Source of the DNA: Octopus sinensis
Lineage: Eukaryota
Direction: 5' to 3'
DNA: 64,000 nucleotides
NCBI RefSeq assembly: GCF_006345805.1
Contig: NC_042999.1
Span: 111,414,001 to 111,478,000, forward strand
Shown: piece after piece, positions 40,515 to 55,001 of the stretch
Layout: each line of letters starts with the position of its first letter
How positions within the stretch are numbered: position 1 is the first letter of the stretch
Made by a program: the position numbers and the translations under genes
The notes under the pieces: model-generated
What the model was told of the DNA's origin: nothing
Databases searched by the model: none
Seen by the model: only the letters and a program-made list of their open reading frames with translations

Positions 40515-42442
40515 GCATACATATATACATACATATATAAAATTCCTTTAATTGTGACACAACTCTAATGAGATTGACATATGGTGAAATATTGCTTGCT
40601 GATAGCTCTACAGCATGGACTCCCAGCGTCAAAGTAGTAAGGTGCCACATGGAATGTAACAAAAACACTTAGTTCCACTCGAGTTGGCTTTGAAGAGATA
40701 AGTTAATAAAATATGGCCTGACATAATATTAAGCTGAAGTTGCAGCTTGGTAAAAGTTCAGTCTCTCGGGTGTTTAGTTTCAACTTATGAACAGCCGTTA
40801 TGTTATTGCTGGCAATAAATGACTAGCTGTGTAAGTGTGTCAGTACCACCATACATTAGGTCATAAAAGCACCACTTGAAGAATTCATTTTTCGCGTAGT
40901 ACATCTAGAGCATGACAGCCAAGCTGAGCCCCTTTAAATCATGACGCTCCATGCCTAATGCAGAATTTGAATTCATTTCCAAAGCCCAACGAAACTATTA
41001 TCAAATGATTAAAATAATATCCATTAAGTTAATGTTTTCTTTACTTCACCGCATATATTTAACATTAAGTCAGAGAGGAAAGGGCAACACCCAAGCCTGG
41101 TAATCGAATCTGAAACAAAACGAAAGGAGGAAGTTATGTTGGAAACGGACGCTCAATTGAATGCTTGCAAAGATACCAAAGTCCAGGTGTCTGATCATGG
41201 ATCAAAGCTCTGCTCAACCGACAAAGCCCTAAATTATCATTTAATTAACGGAATGCGTTAGACAGGGTGATGGATTAAGTCTACTACCCAAGAACTCGGT
41301 TCGCAAAGAGCTGAAATAGATCCCACAAAGCATCTCACTATAGCATTTAGTAGTTCCCTCTTCCTCCTCTCTACTATAAAACATCAGCTGAATTTGTGTT
41401 ACGAGTTTGCGTTGGCTTGTAAATATATATACTAAAATTTTCGTAGTATTATTCGGCTTGTCACGACATGTGTTCGAACGTTATGCAAAACTATAGAAGG
41501 ATAGGGAAATCATAAATTTTTGAATATTGTATAACAATATCATAAAGATTTATGAATTTAAACATAAATATAAAAATTACAACATTTATAAAATGTATGA
41601 TTTCCTTTGCTTCTACCAATAGGAGAGTATAGCGCTAATTACCCATTGATAGATTTATCTAATTAGAACACGCCAAGTGTCTATTCTATTTATGAAACCT
41701 ACGTGAGAAAAATAATACTGATTATTTTTTTCTGAGATAGCAGATTATTTCGATTCACAGCAAATATGGAGAGATTACGAAATTAGATTCTGTGACCTTT
41801 AGTAATATACATGAACGGCATTGGTTTGAAATATTAATTTGAAACCGTTTCGTAGGCTTCGTATGTCAGGACTTTACCCCTAACTGTACAGCACTTACTA
41901 CGGTATTAGTAAATAATAATTTGTTAGTCACATATCATGTCCAACATCATATAACGTTTGTTTAAGTATTTTGTTTAGATACTAACTTACCGTTTACCGT
42001 CATTAATTACTTTTTTAACTGCGAGTTTAAATTCTAAAATTACCATTACTCCAGTACTGCTCCAGATTCAGGTTTCAATCCAAACTCCTTTCGTGTATAA
42101 CATTAAAAGCCGGGAACACTTGATTCTGTGCTCTTCAATATTTGCAACGATTATCAAAAGAAGGATACAACGCATAGATTCATAAGGCGGGTTTCTCGGG
42201 TTCTGTGGCATATATATTCCTCAATGGACTAGTCTGGTGCAGGAATATTCATTTTTGCCTGCTGAGAGAACTGAGCAACATAAAATGTGGAGTTTTGTTC
42301 GTGTCTTATTCTATGTATGACAACTAGCAGTCATAGGTATTTTGTGACTTATTGGCACATTGGATAATTGGAATATACCATACTTACCAGAAAGTGGATG
42401 ATTCTTCTGTACTTTTCTTTCCATTAGTATAGCGTAAATGAC

Positions 42443-42540
42443 AGACGGCGAGATGGCAGAGTCATTAGCACGCTGGTCTAACTGGTTAGCAGCATTTCGT
42501 CGGACTTCACGTTCTGAGCTCAAATTCCACCGAGTCGACT
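42443..42540 (+). mobile_element. SINE head only
   Basis: ggcgagatggcagagtcattagcacg...gttctgagctcaaattccaccgagtcgac. Confidence 0.7.
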
Positions 42541-42881
42541 GTGTGAGTGTCTCTGTGTATGTATGTGTGCGTGCGCGTGTGCGTGCATAGTGACAGATAG
42601 AGAGAGTGAATGATGGTCAGTAGGAAGTTGCTTACGTGATAATAGATGGGCATCAAATTAGTTTTCCGACAGTCCTAATTCTTAAAATCCCAATTATGAA
42701 TCAGCTGAGTTGACTTGAATATATATATATATATATGGCGTGATATAGGAATTCTTACAATTGTGTGGCTTTCACAGAAAGCTCTTATACCAGACTCGTA
42801 ATGTTATACCGACCGTAATGTTAAAAATGTCAAATGTGGTAAATATAGATATTTACCTCTCGTACCCCAGACAATTTATAG

Positions 42882-42963
<82 letters not shown>

Positions 42964-43829
42964 CACACACACGCATAAATGTGTGAATATGTCTGTGTAT
43001 GTGTATATGTATATGTGCTTGTGGGTGCCTGATATGTTGTATGAATATGCATGCGCCTATATACATGTATATATATTACATGTGTATATATATGTATATA
43101 TATATATATACGTAGATAGATAGAGAAAGAGAGAGAGAGGGAGATGACTTGTGTGCGTATCACCGTCCTCATCATTATAATCAACTACATTTTTAACATA
43201 AAACATGTATTTCCATTCGCACCATGTCGTCACCATTTTAAATTTCAAGAACTCCGTCATTAACATAAAACTAACAAAACTAAACAAAGCCGAAAAAAAC
43301 ATATCAATGAAGAACAAGTTAAAAAATTCAAAGGAAAAAAAAGCACCTTTGAATTTTTCAATTTACCAACGAAATTATATATATTTTTTTATAACTTTCG
43401 ACTTCCCACTTCCTGGTTAGTGTGCATATTTTATAGGGAATGCCATTAATTTCACAAGTCATCAAATTAGATTAATTACAGCTCATCTGTAATGTTGTAT
43501 TACTTGTTCTCATCCCACATACCCACAACAACAGCAAACAAAAACATAACAGAAGACTAGACAGAAACATCACCACCAGTACTACCACCAATACCAACAA
43601 CAACAGTAAAAATCAAGAAAAACAATGATTATATTTTTTAAAATTCAATTTCAACAAGAAACGCTATACTACCACTACTACTGCTGCTGCTGCCACTGAT
43701 GATGATGATGACGACGACGACAACAGCGATGATGATGATGATGATAACGATACTAATACTAATACTACTACAAGAGAGAGAGAGAATAAACAAAAGTAAT
43801 ATGAGACGTTCTAACAGGAGGACAGTCAC

Positions 43830-44270
43830 TCAAGTACGATGCCGGAACCCCGCATATGAAGTAATAATCTGAGTACCCAGGTTAAGTGTTCACCAAGCAT
43901 TGTTCTCAAACCTTCAAGCGCATTATGAGAGTGAAGCCCATTTACTTGGGCCATACACGCCACATTACCCCAGTTTCTAGTAAATTCACTAAAATGTAAT
44001 ACTCTTCTGGTTTTTGCCTTCTTGCCAAACGATTTTGAAGAAATTAGTTTCATCTTCTTAAAAAAAAATGTTTTAAGTCTTCTTAAGCAGTTTTGCCGGA
44101 ACCTCTGAACAGAAAGAAATTTCTTGCCTTTCAATGCCAAAGAAAGTAACTGGAAGATCCTCACAAAGGATTCGGTTGATATTCAAATACTTCCTACTGG
44201 TGATAATAGTTGGCGTGAGAGGAAGAGTTTCATCATCGTGTATCTCAAGAAACTCGGATTGATGGCACAA
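43830..44270 (-). mobile_element. Possible Mutator-like transposase remnant
   Basis: Weak: FLSVQRFRQN and WGN..SHNALEGL resemble the MULE CxFH..Q and W..TNN.LE motifs. Confidence 0.22.
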
Positions 44271-45152
44271 GTCTTTCTGTAATATTTATCTCTAACCTAC
44301 GACGCTACTTGCTTTTTTAGCGTCTTTGGACGTTTATTACCGGGATCATTTCGAACTGGTGTGATTTGGATCAACTCTCATAGCACTTGTATATACATAA
44401 TCACTCTAACGACCAACTTTCTATGTTACACACCATCAAGTTGATATTAACCACCTATTCTTAGTACTCCATTAGAGGGATCACATACTAAAGGTTGATA
44501 ATTCCATTGGTGTTATTGATGTTGATTCTCGTATTTCAGTAACCGTACTACTCTGGTATGAATATATAGCATTCCATCTGACTTTGTTCACTTTGTTCCG
44601 TCCACAATTATGTAAAAGTGCATACCATACAATATGCTCTCACCCTCTAATACTGGAGATGTTTGCTCCTTCAAAAATGTGTTGCTTCCTGTTGCTCTTT
44701 AAAAGTGCATTGGCAAATTACGTATCTTTTCTCTCATGCCTGGGTGAAAATTTCTGGCAGAAAAGAGCTCGTTTTATGGACGTAATGTTTTCAAGCTTTG
44801 TTCTCACAGAAAAATCTTATTCATCAAGAGTTCTTTTATTTAAAAGTATTTGCTCGTTAGTTATTGACCACGGATAAGGAAATAAGGAAAAAGAAAGTAA
44901 TCGCAGGCAAGATTTGAATCTGAAACTAATCATAAAAATGATTTTCTTGCAATAATCAAAATGCGCTCTTTTTTTCCCATTTCCTGCAAGAAGAAAATCT
45001 GTATAGTTAACAAAAATTTTGTTTCTGCTTTTACCTTTTTCTTTCCCTCTCGAAAATGTCTTGCTCTCTACAATGGTATTTGACAATTATGAGTGGCTCC
45101 ACTATAATAGATTTGAAATTACTCGATGAAAGGAAAATGGAAATTATATATA

Positions 45153-45461
45153 GGCGCAGGCGTCGATGTGTGATAGGATAGCCACATGGTTCTGGTGTTG
45201 GGGTCACTTCCACTGTGTGACACCCCTTCAGCAAGTGCCTTCTTCTTTAGCCTCAGGGAGACCAAAGCCTTGCGGATTTAGTAGAAGGAAATTGAAATAA
45301 ATTCGTCGTGTATATGTGAGTGTGTGTATGTGTGCTTTTGTGTCTGTGTTTGTCCACTATCACCACCATTACTTGACAACCGGTGCTGGTGTGTGTACGT
45401 CCACGTAAGTTAACGGCTCCGGAAAAGAGACCGATAGAATAAGTACCAGTCTTAATAAATA
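45153..45461 (+). mobile_element. Second SINE family (CORE/OR2-like)
   Basis: tRNA-like head, gcaagtgccttcttctttagcctc CORE-like segment, internal TG-rich tract, tail gaccgatagaataagtac. Confidence 0.7.
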
Positions 45462-45644
45462 ATTGAACCTAGAACCATGAGGTTGGAAAGTAAACTTCTT
45501 ACCTCACAGCCAATCTAAGATTCAAATTATTTATTCAGTCACACTTGAAATACAGCCAGGTTCCTCACTGTAAATTCATGCAGGCCTGAACAAGTGCCAG
45601 TCAATCAATCAATCAATAATGATGATGATGATGTTGATGATAAT

Positions 45645-46900
45645 TGACCACGTCTCAACCATCTTCTCTTCATGGATGATTTAAAACTATTCGCAAAAAC
45701 AGAGCCTGAAATGAAGAGGTTGGTTGAGACTGTACAGATGGGCAGCAAGGATATAGGGGTGGAATTCGGTATCTCGAAGTATGCAGTGCTAAGGGCTTAG
45801 AATTTCCAAACGGAGGGAGAACGAAATACCCCGATGATGGTGGGTACAAGTACCTTTGGATCCAAGAGCTGGACAATATCTTGCACAGAGAAATGAAAGA
45901 CTGCATATTCCAAGCTCCTCAAACTTCTCTTGATATGAAAATTCAACTCAAGGAAGCTTGTGATTATTATCAACATGTGGACTGTTGCTGTAGTCCGCTA
46001 TAATGCACCCATCCTGAAATGGACACGAGCAGGAATTAACCAACTCGATCGCACAACCCGAAAGACAATGACATTACATGGTACCATCCACCATTAGGCA
46101 AACGTACACAGGCTCTACATGAAGTAAAGTTGGACGTGGGCTGATTAGCATGCGGGAGTGTATCAATATGCGGGAGTGCATTAAGTAAAAGAAGAAACAT
46201 GGCAGAGTATTTGGTAAATAACAAACAAGAGCTGCTACAGTATGATGTTAATGGAGAATGATTTACCAAAAAAGAACTTGAGAGTTCTATTCAATTCCAG
46301 TTACGATAACCAACAAGAGAGAAGAAACTCTACTCCACATGGAATTATATGGTCGGTTCGACCATGAAACTAACTACTTGAAAGTTCAGAAAGAATCATG
46401 AAGGTGACTCGGCAAAATGGACCTAAAAAAGAAGATTGAAAACCTAATCATCGTTGCTCCCGATCAAAATTGAATACCAATGGAAAAGAGATATATACCA
46501 TACAAATGCAGGGAATCTCTTCAGAATGTGTGTGGAAATAGGATCGAAGGCGTGACTCACATTCTTAGTGCTTGTGAAAGCGCAGAACCATCACTGGCTA
46601 CTATGACGGAAGTATGGATACGAGGAAACGGGTGCTTGGTACTAACATACACAACAAAAGGTAATCGACAAAAAGAAGAAGTCAAAAATCTTCTGAGACT
46701 TTGACTTCCAGACAGTCAAGGTGTTCGAGCACCGAAGGCCTGACATGGTAACCTTTAGGAAGGACAAGCAGGAGTGGATAATAATCGACGTGGCAGTGCC
46801 AGGAGATCAACATACTATCATGAAAAAAAGAGAAAAGATCGATAACTATGGAGACCTGAGAATTGAAATCGCCAATATGTGGCATTTATTTCGACACACT
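45645..46900 (+). mobile_element. Degraded R4/Dong-type LINE retaining RT motif FMDD and RLE
   Basis: LNHLLFMDDLKLFAK, DIGVEFGISK, YKYLWI, LDRTTRKTMTLHG, EGVTHILSAC, RPDMV..IIDVAVP..K..EKIDNY. Confidence 0.85.
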
Positions 46901-48111
46901 AACATTTCCGTCAGCCCACCGCTTTAATTGTTATAATAATGACTACAACAAAAACAACAGAAATAGTAGTAGCAGCATTAGGAAGGTTGAAATTAACACA
47001 ATAACAACAGCAATTAGAAAAATAACTACGATGACGATGCCGATGAAGTATTGATGCCGCTGTTGCCGCTGATATTCATAGTTTTCTAATGCTAGCAGAA
47101 GGTCATATATCCTTAATCCATTGTATCATCTTGGGTACACCTCTGTGACTCATATAAAGGCAAATGTGACTCCGATAAAAATGAAGTCACTCAGAATACG
47201 GAAAAACGAAACAAAATTCTACAGTTCTTTCAATCAGATATGCTACTATTTTTTTCACAATTATGACCCACTGTTATGTCTGATGTTGGCACTAGGTTAC
47301 GTGATTTTAGAGTAAAGAACAAGAATCTAGAACCAGTTTAATCAACACCAGCATTTTCTCACTACTTATGGATACTATGGATAAGGATAAAGAAAGTAAT
47401 CGAAGGCGAGATTTGGATCTGAGACTAATCATAAAAATGTCTTTTCTAACAATAATCAAAACGAGCCCATGTTATGGGAATGAAATTAATTCGTTAATCG
47501 CTCTGAATCCTTGTATAGTGCATACATATCTCGACCTCTGAATAATGCTGAGTAAACTTCACTAAAGTGAAATTTAACGCTAAACAATGTTTTGAATCAA
47601 TCGAAAATGATAGCGAACTCTTCAATATTTACATATTTTAATTAAAAGGTTGTTTTATTGTTGATTTTGAACAGCATTTCCAACTCAGTATCCATAGCTC
47701 TTATTCACTCTGAGCATCTCTTCTACTTCTTGCATCTTACTTTAAACAGAGATTCACTTCTTTTCATTCTCGACCACCCGCTTATCTTTCGCTGCCATGA
47801 CAATATCTTTAGAGCAATCATAATTTCAAAGAAAGAAAAATATGAGGACTTAAACATATGAAAATGCTCTTATATTTCACTATTTTATAGCTTTCACTTT
47901 TTCTTATAAATGTTTAAAAGTTATTAAACGTTACAAAGTTGTTTTACAAGCTATTTATTTCAATCTTCCTAATAAATTTTAAAAAAGATACTTTACGAAT
48001 TTTTTTTGTTTGCCTTTCACAATTCACTGTTTAATAAGTTTTGCTGTTTATTCAAAAGTTAGAGTATGAGTGATGTTGAAGGTTAGGGTTGTATATACAT
48101 AACAGACGAGA

Positions 48112-48145
<34 letters not shown>

Positions 48146-49437
48146 AATAAAGTGAGGAAAAAACTGCCCAGAGTCTGGTAATAACAATATTGGTTTCTGT
48201 ATTACGCTTTAACATGATCAAAGTCTTTATAATACAGCTTTTACACAACAATAATCACTTTTCAAACTGCGAAGCTAATAAATAACACCATCATCGTTTA
48301 AACGCAAAGCAAAGCCAGATTCCATCTTCACCCACAGCGTTTTCATTATCCATTATTTCCTCTTGGTCGGTTGTTTAGCGTTACTCGTTGACGGATTTGA
48401 ATAATAGACAGACATTTAATTCAAATGGCAAACATTCGAAACATCTACTGAAAAACAACACGTCAGACGTTCGAGAAATTATGTTAATCCAGTGCCTGTA
48501 CTGAAATATTATTTCTAGAACCCAGAAGGATGAAATGTAAATTTGGTACCGATGAAATTTGAAATCAGAACGCAGAAACATCGAAAACTATTGATTTCAA
48601 AATTTGGCACATGGCCAGCAATTTCGGGGCGGGGGTTAAGATGATTACACCGATCCCCAGTACTCAGCTGGTACTTATTTATAAACTCCGAAAGGATGAA
48701 AGGAAACGTCGACCTCGATGGAATTTGAACTAAACACGTAAAGACGGACGAAGACCCATTAAACATTTTGCCAGATGGGCAAAAGATTCTTCTATTGCCG
48801 CCTTAGATTGAAAACAATTATTGAATGGCATTTCATCCAAGTCTAACAACTCTACCAATTTAATGCTTTAAGCGGATTAGTGGATTATCATTTCTTGTAC
48901 TTGATTGGTATGTGTCTTTTTTCTTGACCTCGAAAAAACGGTTGAATGGTGAAATTGACCAGCATCGGATTTCACCACAGAATTCAGTGATCCGATACAA
49001 ATAGTACGACGCATTATATTTGACACACAAATGGCTTTGTTCCGCTTGAAATATCATTGTTAATAATTCTTTTACAATTTTGTATCAAGGCCAAAAACTT
49101 TGTGAAAAGATTAGTCGATGCCTCCGGTCTTAATATTTGACTGGAACTTTATTTTATTCCCCCCGAAAGGACTAAAGGCAAGGTTGATTTCGGTGGGATT
49201 TGAACTCAGAATCTAAAGAGCTGCAGCAAAGCAATTTCATCCGACACTGTGACTATTTTATCAATATGTATTTTTTTATTCATTATATTTATGAATGCGT
49301 ATATGTACACGTGTGTGTATTTGTGTGTGTTTACGCATGTATGTATGTGTGTATATATGTACGTGTGTCTATATATAACAATTTAATTAATAATAATATT
49401 GATGATGATGATAAATAATAAAAATAAAATAATAATG

Positions 49438-49500
<63 letters not shown>

Positions 49501-50217
49501 TTAATAATAATAATAATTTCTTGCATAAAACAAACACAAGAACAACGAGATCAGAACATGATGTTAATAAATGACTAATGATCCGATAATTCAGTGATAA
49601 AGGTGAAAAAAGAAGGGCGATTCTTAATTGCTAGATTTTGTATCACACCCCACCCCCTACACTGAACATCATTACTACATTCGATCTTAATTTTTCTTTC
49701 TGTCTTTCTTTCTCTCTTTCTCTTATGTTGTGCATTAATCATTTTTTTCATAAGTTATTCATAATACTGAAATTAATGCCAAGTCTGTGTAGTTGACTCC
49801 CGTTACTTTAAGTTTGAACCTCATCAAGTCATTATCACCATCAGCGTCACCATCATGATAATCATCTTCATCACCATCGTCCTTTTTGTATTACGTTCCT
49901 CATCCTTGTCATTATCATCTTCAACATCATCATCTACATTATCTTCATCACTAATAATAATAATAATGTTACGAACTTTTTGGCACAGGACCAGCAATTT
50001 CATGGGATGGAGCAAGTTGATTACATTAATCTCAGTGCTTGACTGGTATTTATTTTATTCGCCCTGAAAAGATAAATGGTGAAGTCGACCTCGACGGAGT
50101 TTGAACTCAGAACGCAAAGACGGACGAAATGCCGCTAGGGATTTTTCCCCGGCGTACTAACGATTCTGCCATCTCGCGGCCTTATCAGCAATAATAATAA
50201 TGATAATAATAATAATG

Positions 50218-50266
<49 letters not shown>

Positions 50267-50939
50267 TGATGGTTTCAAATTTTAGCACAAGGCCAGCAAG
50301 TTAGGAAGGGTCTAAGTTGATTACATCGATTCCAGTACTTGACTGGTACTTCTTATATCGATCCTGAAAGAATGAAAAGCAAATCGACTTCGATGGAATT
50401 TGAACTCAGAACTTAACAGCATTTCGCCCGGCGCATTAACGATTTTGCCTGTTTGCCACCTTATCGACAGTAATAATAATGGATTCTGATATAGGAACAA
50501 TGTGAGCAAATTGTATGAGAGTTTTAGTCGAATATCCCGACCCTAATATTTGACTGGTGTCACATTTCCTCAACCCCGAAAGATGAAGCGCAAGGTTGAC
50601 ATCAGTTGGATATGAACTCCTAACGTAAACAGCCACAAGAAATACTGCAAGACATTCTTTCCGACGAGCTAACGATTCTGTCGGTTTCTTTGGAGATATT
50701 ATCAAAGAAGACTGTTTAAAAGAAAGGGTGGGATTTACATCGAGACGCACGTTGACATCAACGATAACACAACACATTAATAAAATAGAGAACGATAAAT
50801 AACGATGAAACCAACAACAAAAGAGTGATTGCCAAGATGAAGCTAAACATATTCAGCGACTCGGAGTATCCTCCACTTAATATTGGTTACCCTAACATAG
50901 GTGTTTTTGCCATTAGCCTACGGCTATATGATTAGGGTT

Positions 50940-51150
50940 GGTCATTTAACTGTATCTATTTTGTCATTCACCCACCGTTCATTAAAGTGACTGAATGTCT
51001 GCACGTTCCTCTCTACTCTAATTTTCCTTTTTATCTGGGACATGAAAAAATTGAGGGAATAACCTGAAAGGAAAAGCATCTGTTCTCTAACCTTTCGAAT
51101 ACATTGACAATATTTGAAGGGAGTCATTAATGTTGTCCATTATGCTTCCT
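50940..51150 (-). mobile_element. L1/Tx1-type LINE ORF2 C-terminus
   Basis: FLSGYSLNFFMSQIKRKIRVERNVQTFSHFNERWVN resembles Tx1-type ORF2 ends (FF...K.++RVER.....F..RW). Confidence 0.55.
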
Positions 51151-52879
51151 GCATATCACCTATATATACTCTGGCCGACAATGGTCATTAAAAAGGAGTA
51201 GATTTATTGTATGTATTGCAACAACATTTTCCCAAGGTACTGGAGAAAATTTCGAATAGCAAAAGTGTAAGCCCAAAAGAGAAGTAAAAAAAAGGGTATA
51301 CTAATAGCACATAAACCAACCCTAGTAAACAACCGTAATGGTATTTCCATACATTCACTGGTGTGTCTATAAATATAAAGTTATTTCTGGTCTCGATAAA
51401 AAAATATCCAGTCTAAACAGGGAATCAGAAACTAAAACGCTTGTAATAAATAAACAAGGCTTTTCCACCAGATATATTAAAATGAACAACAGCAGCTCCT
51501 ACAAAGGATTTGGCAAGTGCCGTCTGCTTGGTGTATTTTCTGAAACAACGCACTATACTGTTTCATGACATTCTGCAATTGCTCCAACAAAATAGTCTTG
51601 GAAATCCAATTACGTAAAATGGATTATTTTAAAAATACGGTTAGATCTCCAGAAGACATAATTAAAACATTATTTTCCATGAGAAAAAGAAAATAGTGAA
51701 TTAATTATCCACATACTAGGAGCAAATGACAAATATTTGTTTAGAGATAAACTCAAATCTGGATTTACATCTACATAACTGTTGAATTAAGCGTGAATCT
51801 TTTTGTTTGCAGCTAATGATCGGTATTTTTGTTAACTTTGAATATCTTCGTTAATCTTGGACATAATTCATGCATTTTCCTAAGATGTAGTCATTTCGTC
51901 TTTTAAACAGAAATTCTAATTGTATTTCTCAAACCTCGAATGCTAATAGAACAACGAAACAACAATAATAGCTGTTTCAAATTTTGGGGCACAGGGAAAG
52001 GTGATTATTCGGTAAAACCGCCCTCAGTACTTTACTGGTACTTTCTTTGTCTTATTGACTTCAGACAGATATCAAGTCAGATCCTAGAGAAGCGGAAGAA
52101 ATATCGCATCACGATCTTTTTTAACGCTCTACTCATTCTGTCAGTTCTCTGTCTTTAATAATAGATTCTAATGTAAGTATGAGGTCAGAAGTTTTTGAGG
52201 AGAATGAGTTAGTCCATAGCATCAACACAGTACTTGACTGGTTCTTTATTTTATCGACCCTGAAAGACGCAATGCATACTCGAAATTGGCGAAATTTGAA
52301 CTCAAAATGTAAAGCGCTGTAGGCAATAACAGAAGTATTTCGTCTGACGCTCTTATGACTCTGCCAATCTACAGGCATATCAGAGACCGAAAGGAAGTTG
52401 ATTTTAGGTAATAGAATACAGTTAAAGTAATCGTGATAATATTATCAACAAGTCGCACAGAGATTTAGCAAGACGGGACAGGAAAATGAGAAAAATAATG
52501 ACTATATGTCTATGCCACCCAGAATCTGATACTGAAATATTATATTTAACACGATTGCAACTAGAAAATTGCTATACAATATATTTTGCGATAAAATTAT
52601 ATGTATTAAAAAGCTAAAGGAAGTCTAATACAAGTGGCAACAAAACATAAGCGGGTGTCTCAGAATATCAAGGATGCATGTATACTGGTATGGACTAAGA
52701 TTGTGACACATTCGGATATTTCTGCCGAGTGATCAAGGGCAGCCGACTGGGATGCTGACATATATAAGAAAGAGTCTGAGGTGACAGATAACTGAATGAA
52801 AAATAAAGAAACAAAAGCAGGAATCAAATTCATAAAAACTGAAAATAAAACATCATAATTCTACTTGGCAAGTAATATC

Positions 52880-53140
52880 CATAAAGGCTCACTTGACAAA
52901 ATAGAACAAATGAGAAGAGAATAAATAAAATGTTCTGCATTGGCTGAGATTGAAGGCTTTTTGATTTGTGGTATCCCGCCAGTAGGAAGTACCAAAGTAT
53001 GTAACGAAACAGAATACAATCCGTAAAAGCAGAACAAGTGGAGACTGGAAAGAAGCTACCCAATTTTAGCTAAAAGAGATTATAAAGAGGGAAACTAGTA
53101 AGATGTATGGGATTTTACACAGTTAAAAAGCATATAATTA
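52880..53140 (+). mobile_element. Heavily degraded RLE LINE fragment
   Basis: AEIEGFLI and YPILAKRDYK parallel AESEGFILA and CKVLAPVEYK at 32500-32700. Confidence 0.35.
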
Positions 53141-54012
53141 TGAAATATCAATGCAAAAGCATTGCTTCAACATACATTTGAAAATTTTTAAAGAAGTAAC
53201 CATACTCTGAGATATGTAAATTCAAGCAGAGATATTAAGACTTATAGTCTGGGTATTATAGTGGACAGATGCCAAGGACAAAGCTGTAGTCCGATCGATG
53301 TATTAGTCCCATCATACGATAATTTGACTCTAAGAAAGGTAACTTTTCCACCAAGAATAACTTGAAGTAAAGATTACCAAAATGTGACAACTGATAACGG
53401 AATAAATGTCTATAATAACAGGCGTTTTGGAAAGATTTAAAAAATAAAAGAAAAATCATGCAGATGCAACCAGACCCCATATACATAATATACAAGACAT
53501 GCTGATGGATATACATACACATATACACAACATGCAGAAACAAAAAAGCCATAACAATCATTCCACATATAATGGATGAAAGCAATACTTTCAGGTGTGC
53601 TTATCTGGTACTTATTTTATCAACCCCAAAAAGGATTAAAAGCAAATTCGACCGTGGCTGAAAACAGTAAGTAAAGATTCAGAAAAAATACCGCAAGACA
53701 ATTTTTTCAACGTTTTAACGATTTTGCCAATCCAACGTCATTTTGAATATTATTGCTGATTTGGACACAAAGCCAGAAGTTTTGAACGGTGGATTAAGTC
53801 GATACCACCGATCCCAGTATTTGAGTGGTACAATATTTTATCGATCATGGACGGATGAATGGCAAATTTGACCATGCAGTAAAATAATCTCAAAACTCAG
53901 AGAGTCGAAACAATTACCGCAAAGTACTTTTCCAACCCGTAACGATTCTGATAATTCGCCATCTTTGATTTCTATCAAGCAAAATGCCAGTAATTTTGGG
54001 AACGGCTTAGAC

Positions 54013-54283
54013 CAGTGGTTCTCAATCTGGGTGCATACGTCCCCTGGGGATCTACAATAGTTTTTTGAGGGCCCCTGGAAAAATTTTGCTTTATGAAACA
54101 GCTTTCTTTCTCCAACATTTTACGTAGTTCATCCAACACAAGTTAGTGATAAACAAAATGGTACTTTTGAAAAGTGTTTCTACAAAACTAGTTTTGAAAT
54201 ACCGAATGGCTATGCAGGTCAGCCAGAATAAAATATTAATCAAAGGCGTCTATAGATTTCTTTTTAATGGTTGCGAACTCCTG
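54013..54283. mobile_element. hAT-type MITE (271 bp) with 8-bp target duplication
   Basis: TIRs CAGTGGTTCTCAA and TTGCGAACTCCTG; TSD gcttagac (54005-54012) and ggttagac (54284-54291). Confidence 0.8.
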
Positions 54284-54601
54284 GGTTAGACGATCAAATC
54301 AGCTTCAATACTTGACTGACACTTATTTATTGGCCTCGTGTGGATAAAAGACAAAACAACTTCGACAAGATTTGAACTCAGAATGTAAGATAACTGAATA
54401 CTGACAAGCATGTTAGTCCTCCGATGGACCGCTTCTGCCAACCAGTTGCATATGTAGAGGACCATATATTTTTATGGCCCTTAATCGATTGAATCGAAAC
54501 TGACTGGTATTTTATTAATCACTAAAGAGTGGAAGGCATATAATATATCAGCTATCACCCTGACAGCAATATTAATACTCTTGATAATTTAGTTAAATTC
54601 A

Positions 54602-55001
54602 AAGGCGGCAAGTTGGCAGAAACGTTAGCACGCCAGGCGAAATACTTATAGGTATTTCGTCTGCCGCTACGTTCTGAGTTCAAATTCCGCCGAGGTCGAC
54701 TTTGCCTTTCATCCTTTCGGGGTCGATTAAATAAGTACCAGTTACGCACTGGAGTCGATATAATCGACTTAATCCGTTTGTCTGTCCTTGTTTGTCCCCT
54801 CTGTGTGTAGCCCCTTGTGGGCAGTAAAGAAATAGGTATTTCGTCTGTCTTTACGTTCTCAGTTCAAATTCCGCCGAGTTCAACTTTGCTTTTCATCCTT
54901 TCGGGGTCGATAAATTAAGTACCAGTTGCGTACTGGGGTCGATCTAATTGACTGGACCTCTCCCCCAAAATTTCTGGCCTAGTGCGTAGAGTAGAAAAGA
55001 A
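54602..55001 (+). mobile_element. Young dimeric tRNA-derived SINE (A monomer + 5'-truncated B module)
   Basis: Head AAGGCGGCAAGTTGGCAGAAACGTTAG (A-box), GAGTTCAAATTCC (B-box), junction AAAGAAATA|GGTATTTCG at 54834/54835. Confidence 0.92.

Larger units (their letters stand above)
48495..54540 (-). mobile_element. Run of about 10 degraded minus-strand SINE copies (about 48495, 48590-48805, 49070-49250, 49965-50185, 50270-50462, 50480-50690, 51970-52135, 52170-52370, 53590-53745, 53755-53960, 53965-54440)
   Basis: Repeated tttggcacaaggccagcaattt...gactggtac..gaaaggatgaa..atttgaactcagaa..aacgattctgcc pattern, some copies separated by (TAA)n tracts. Confidence 0.8.
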
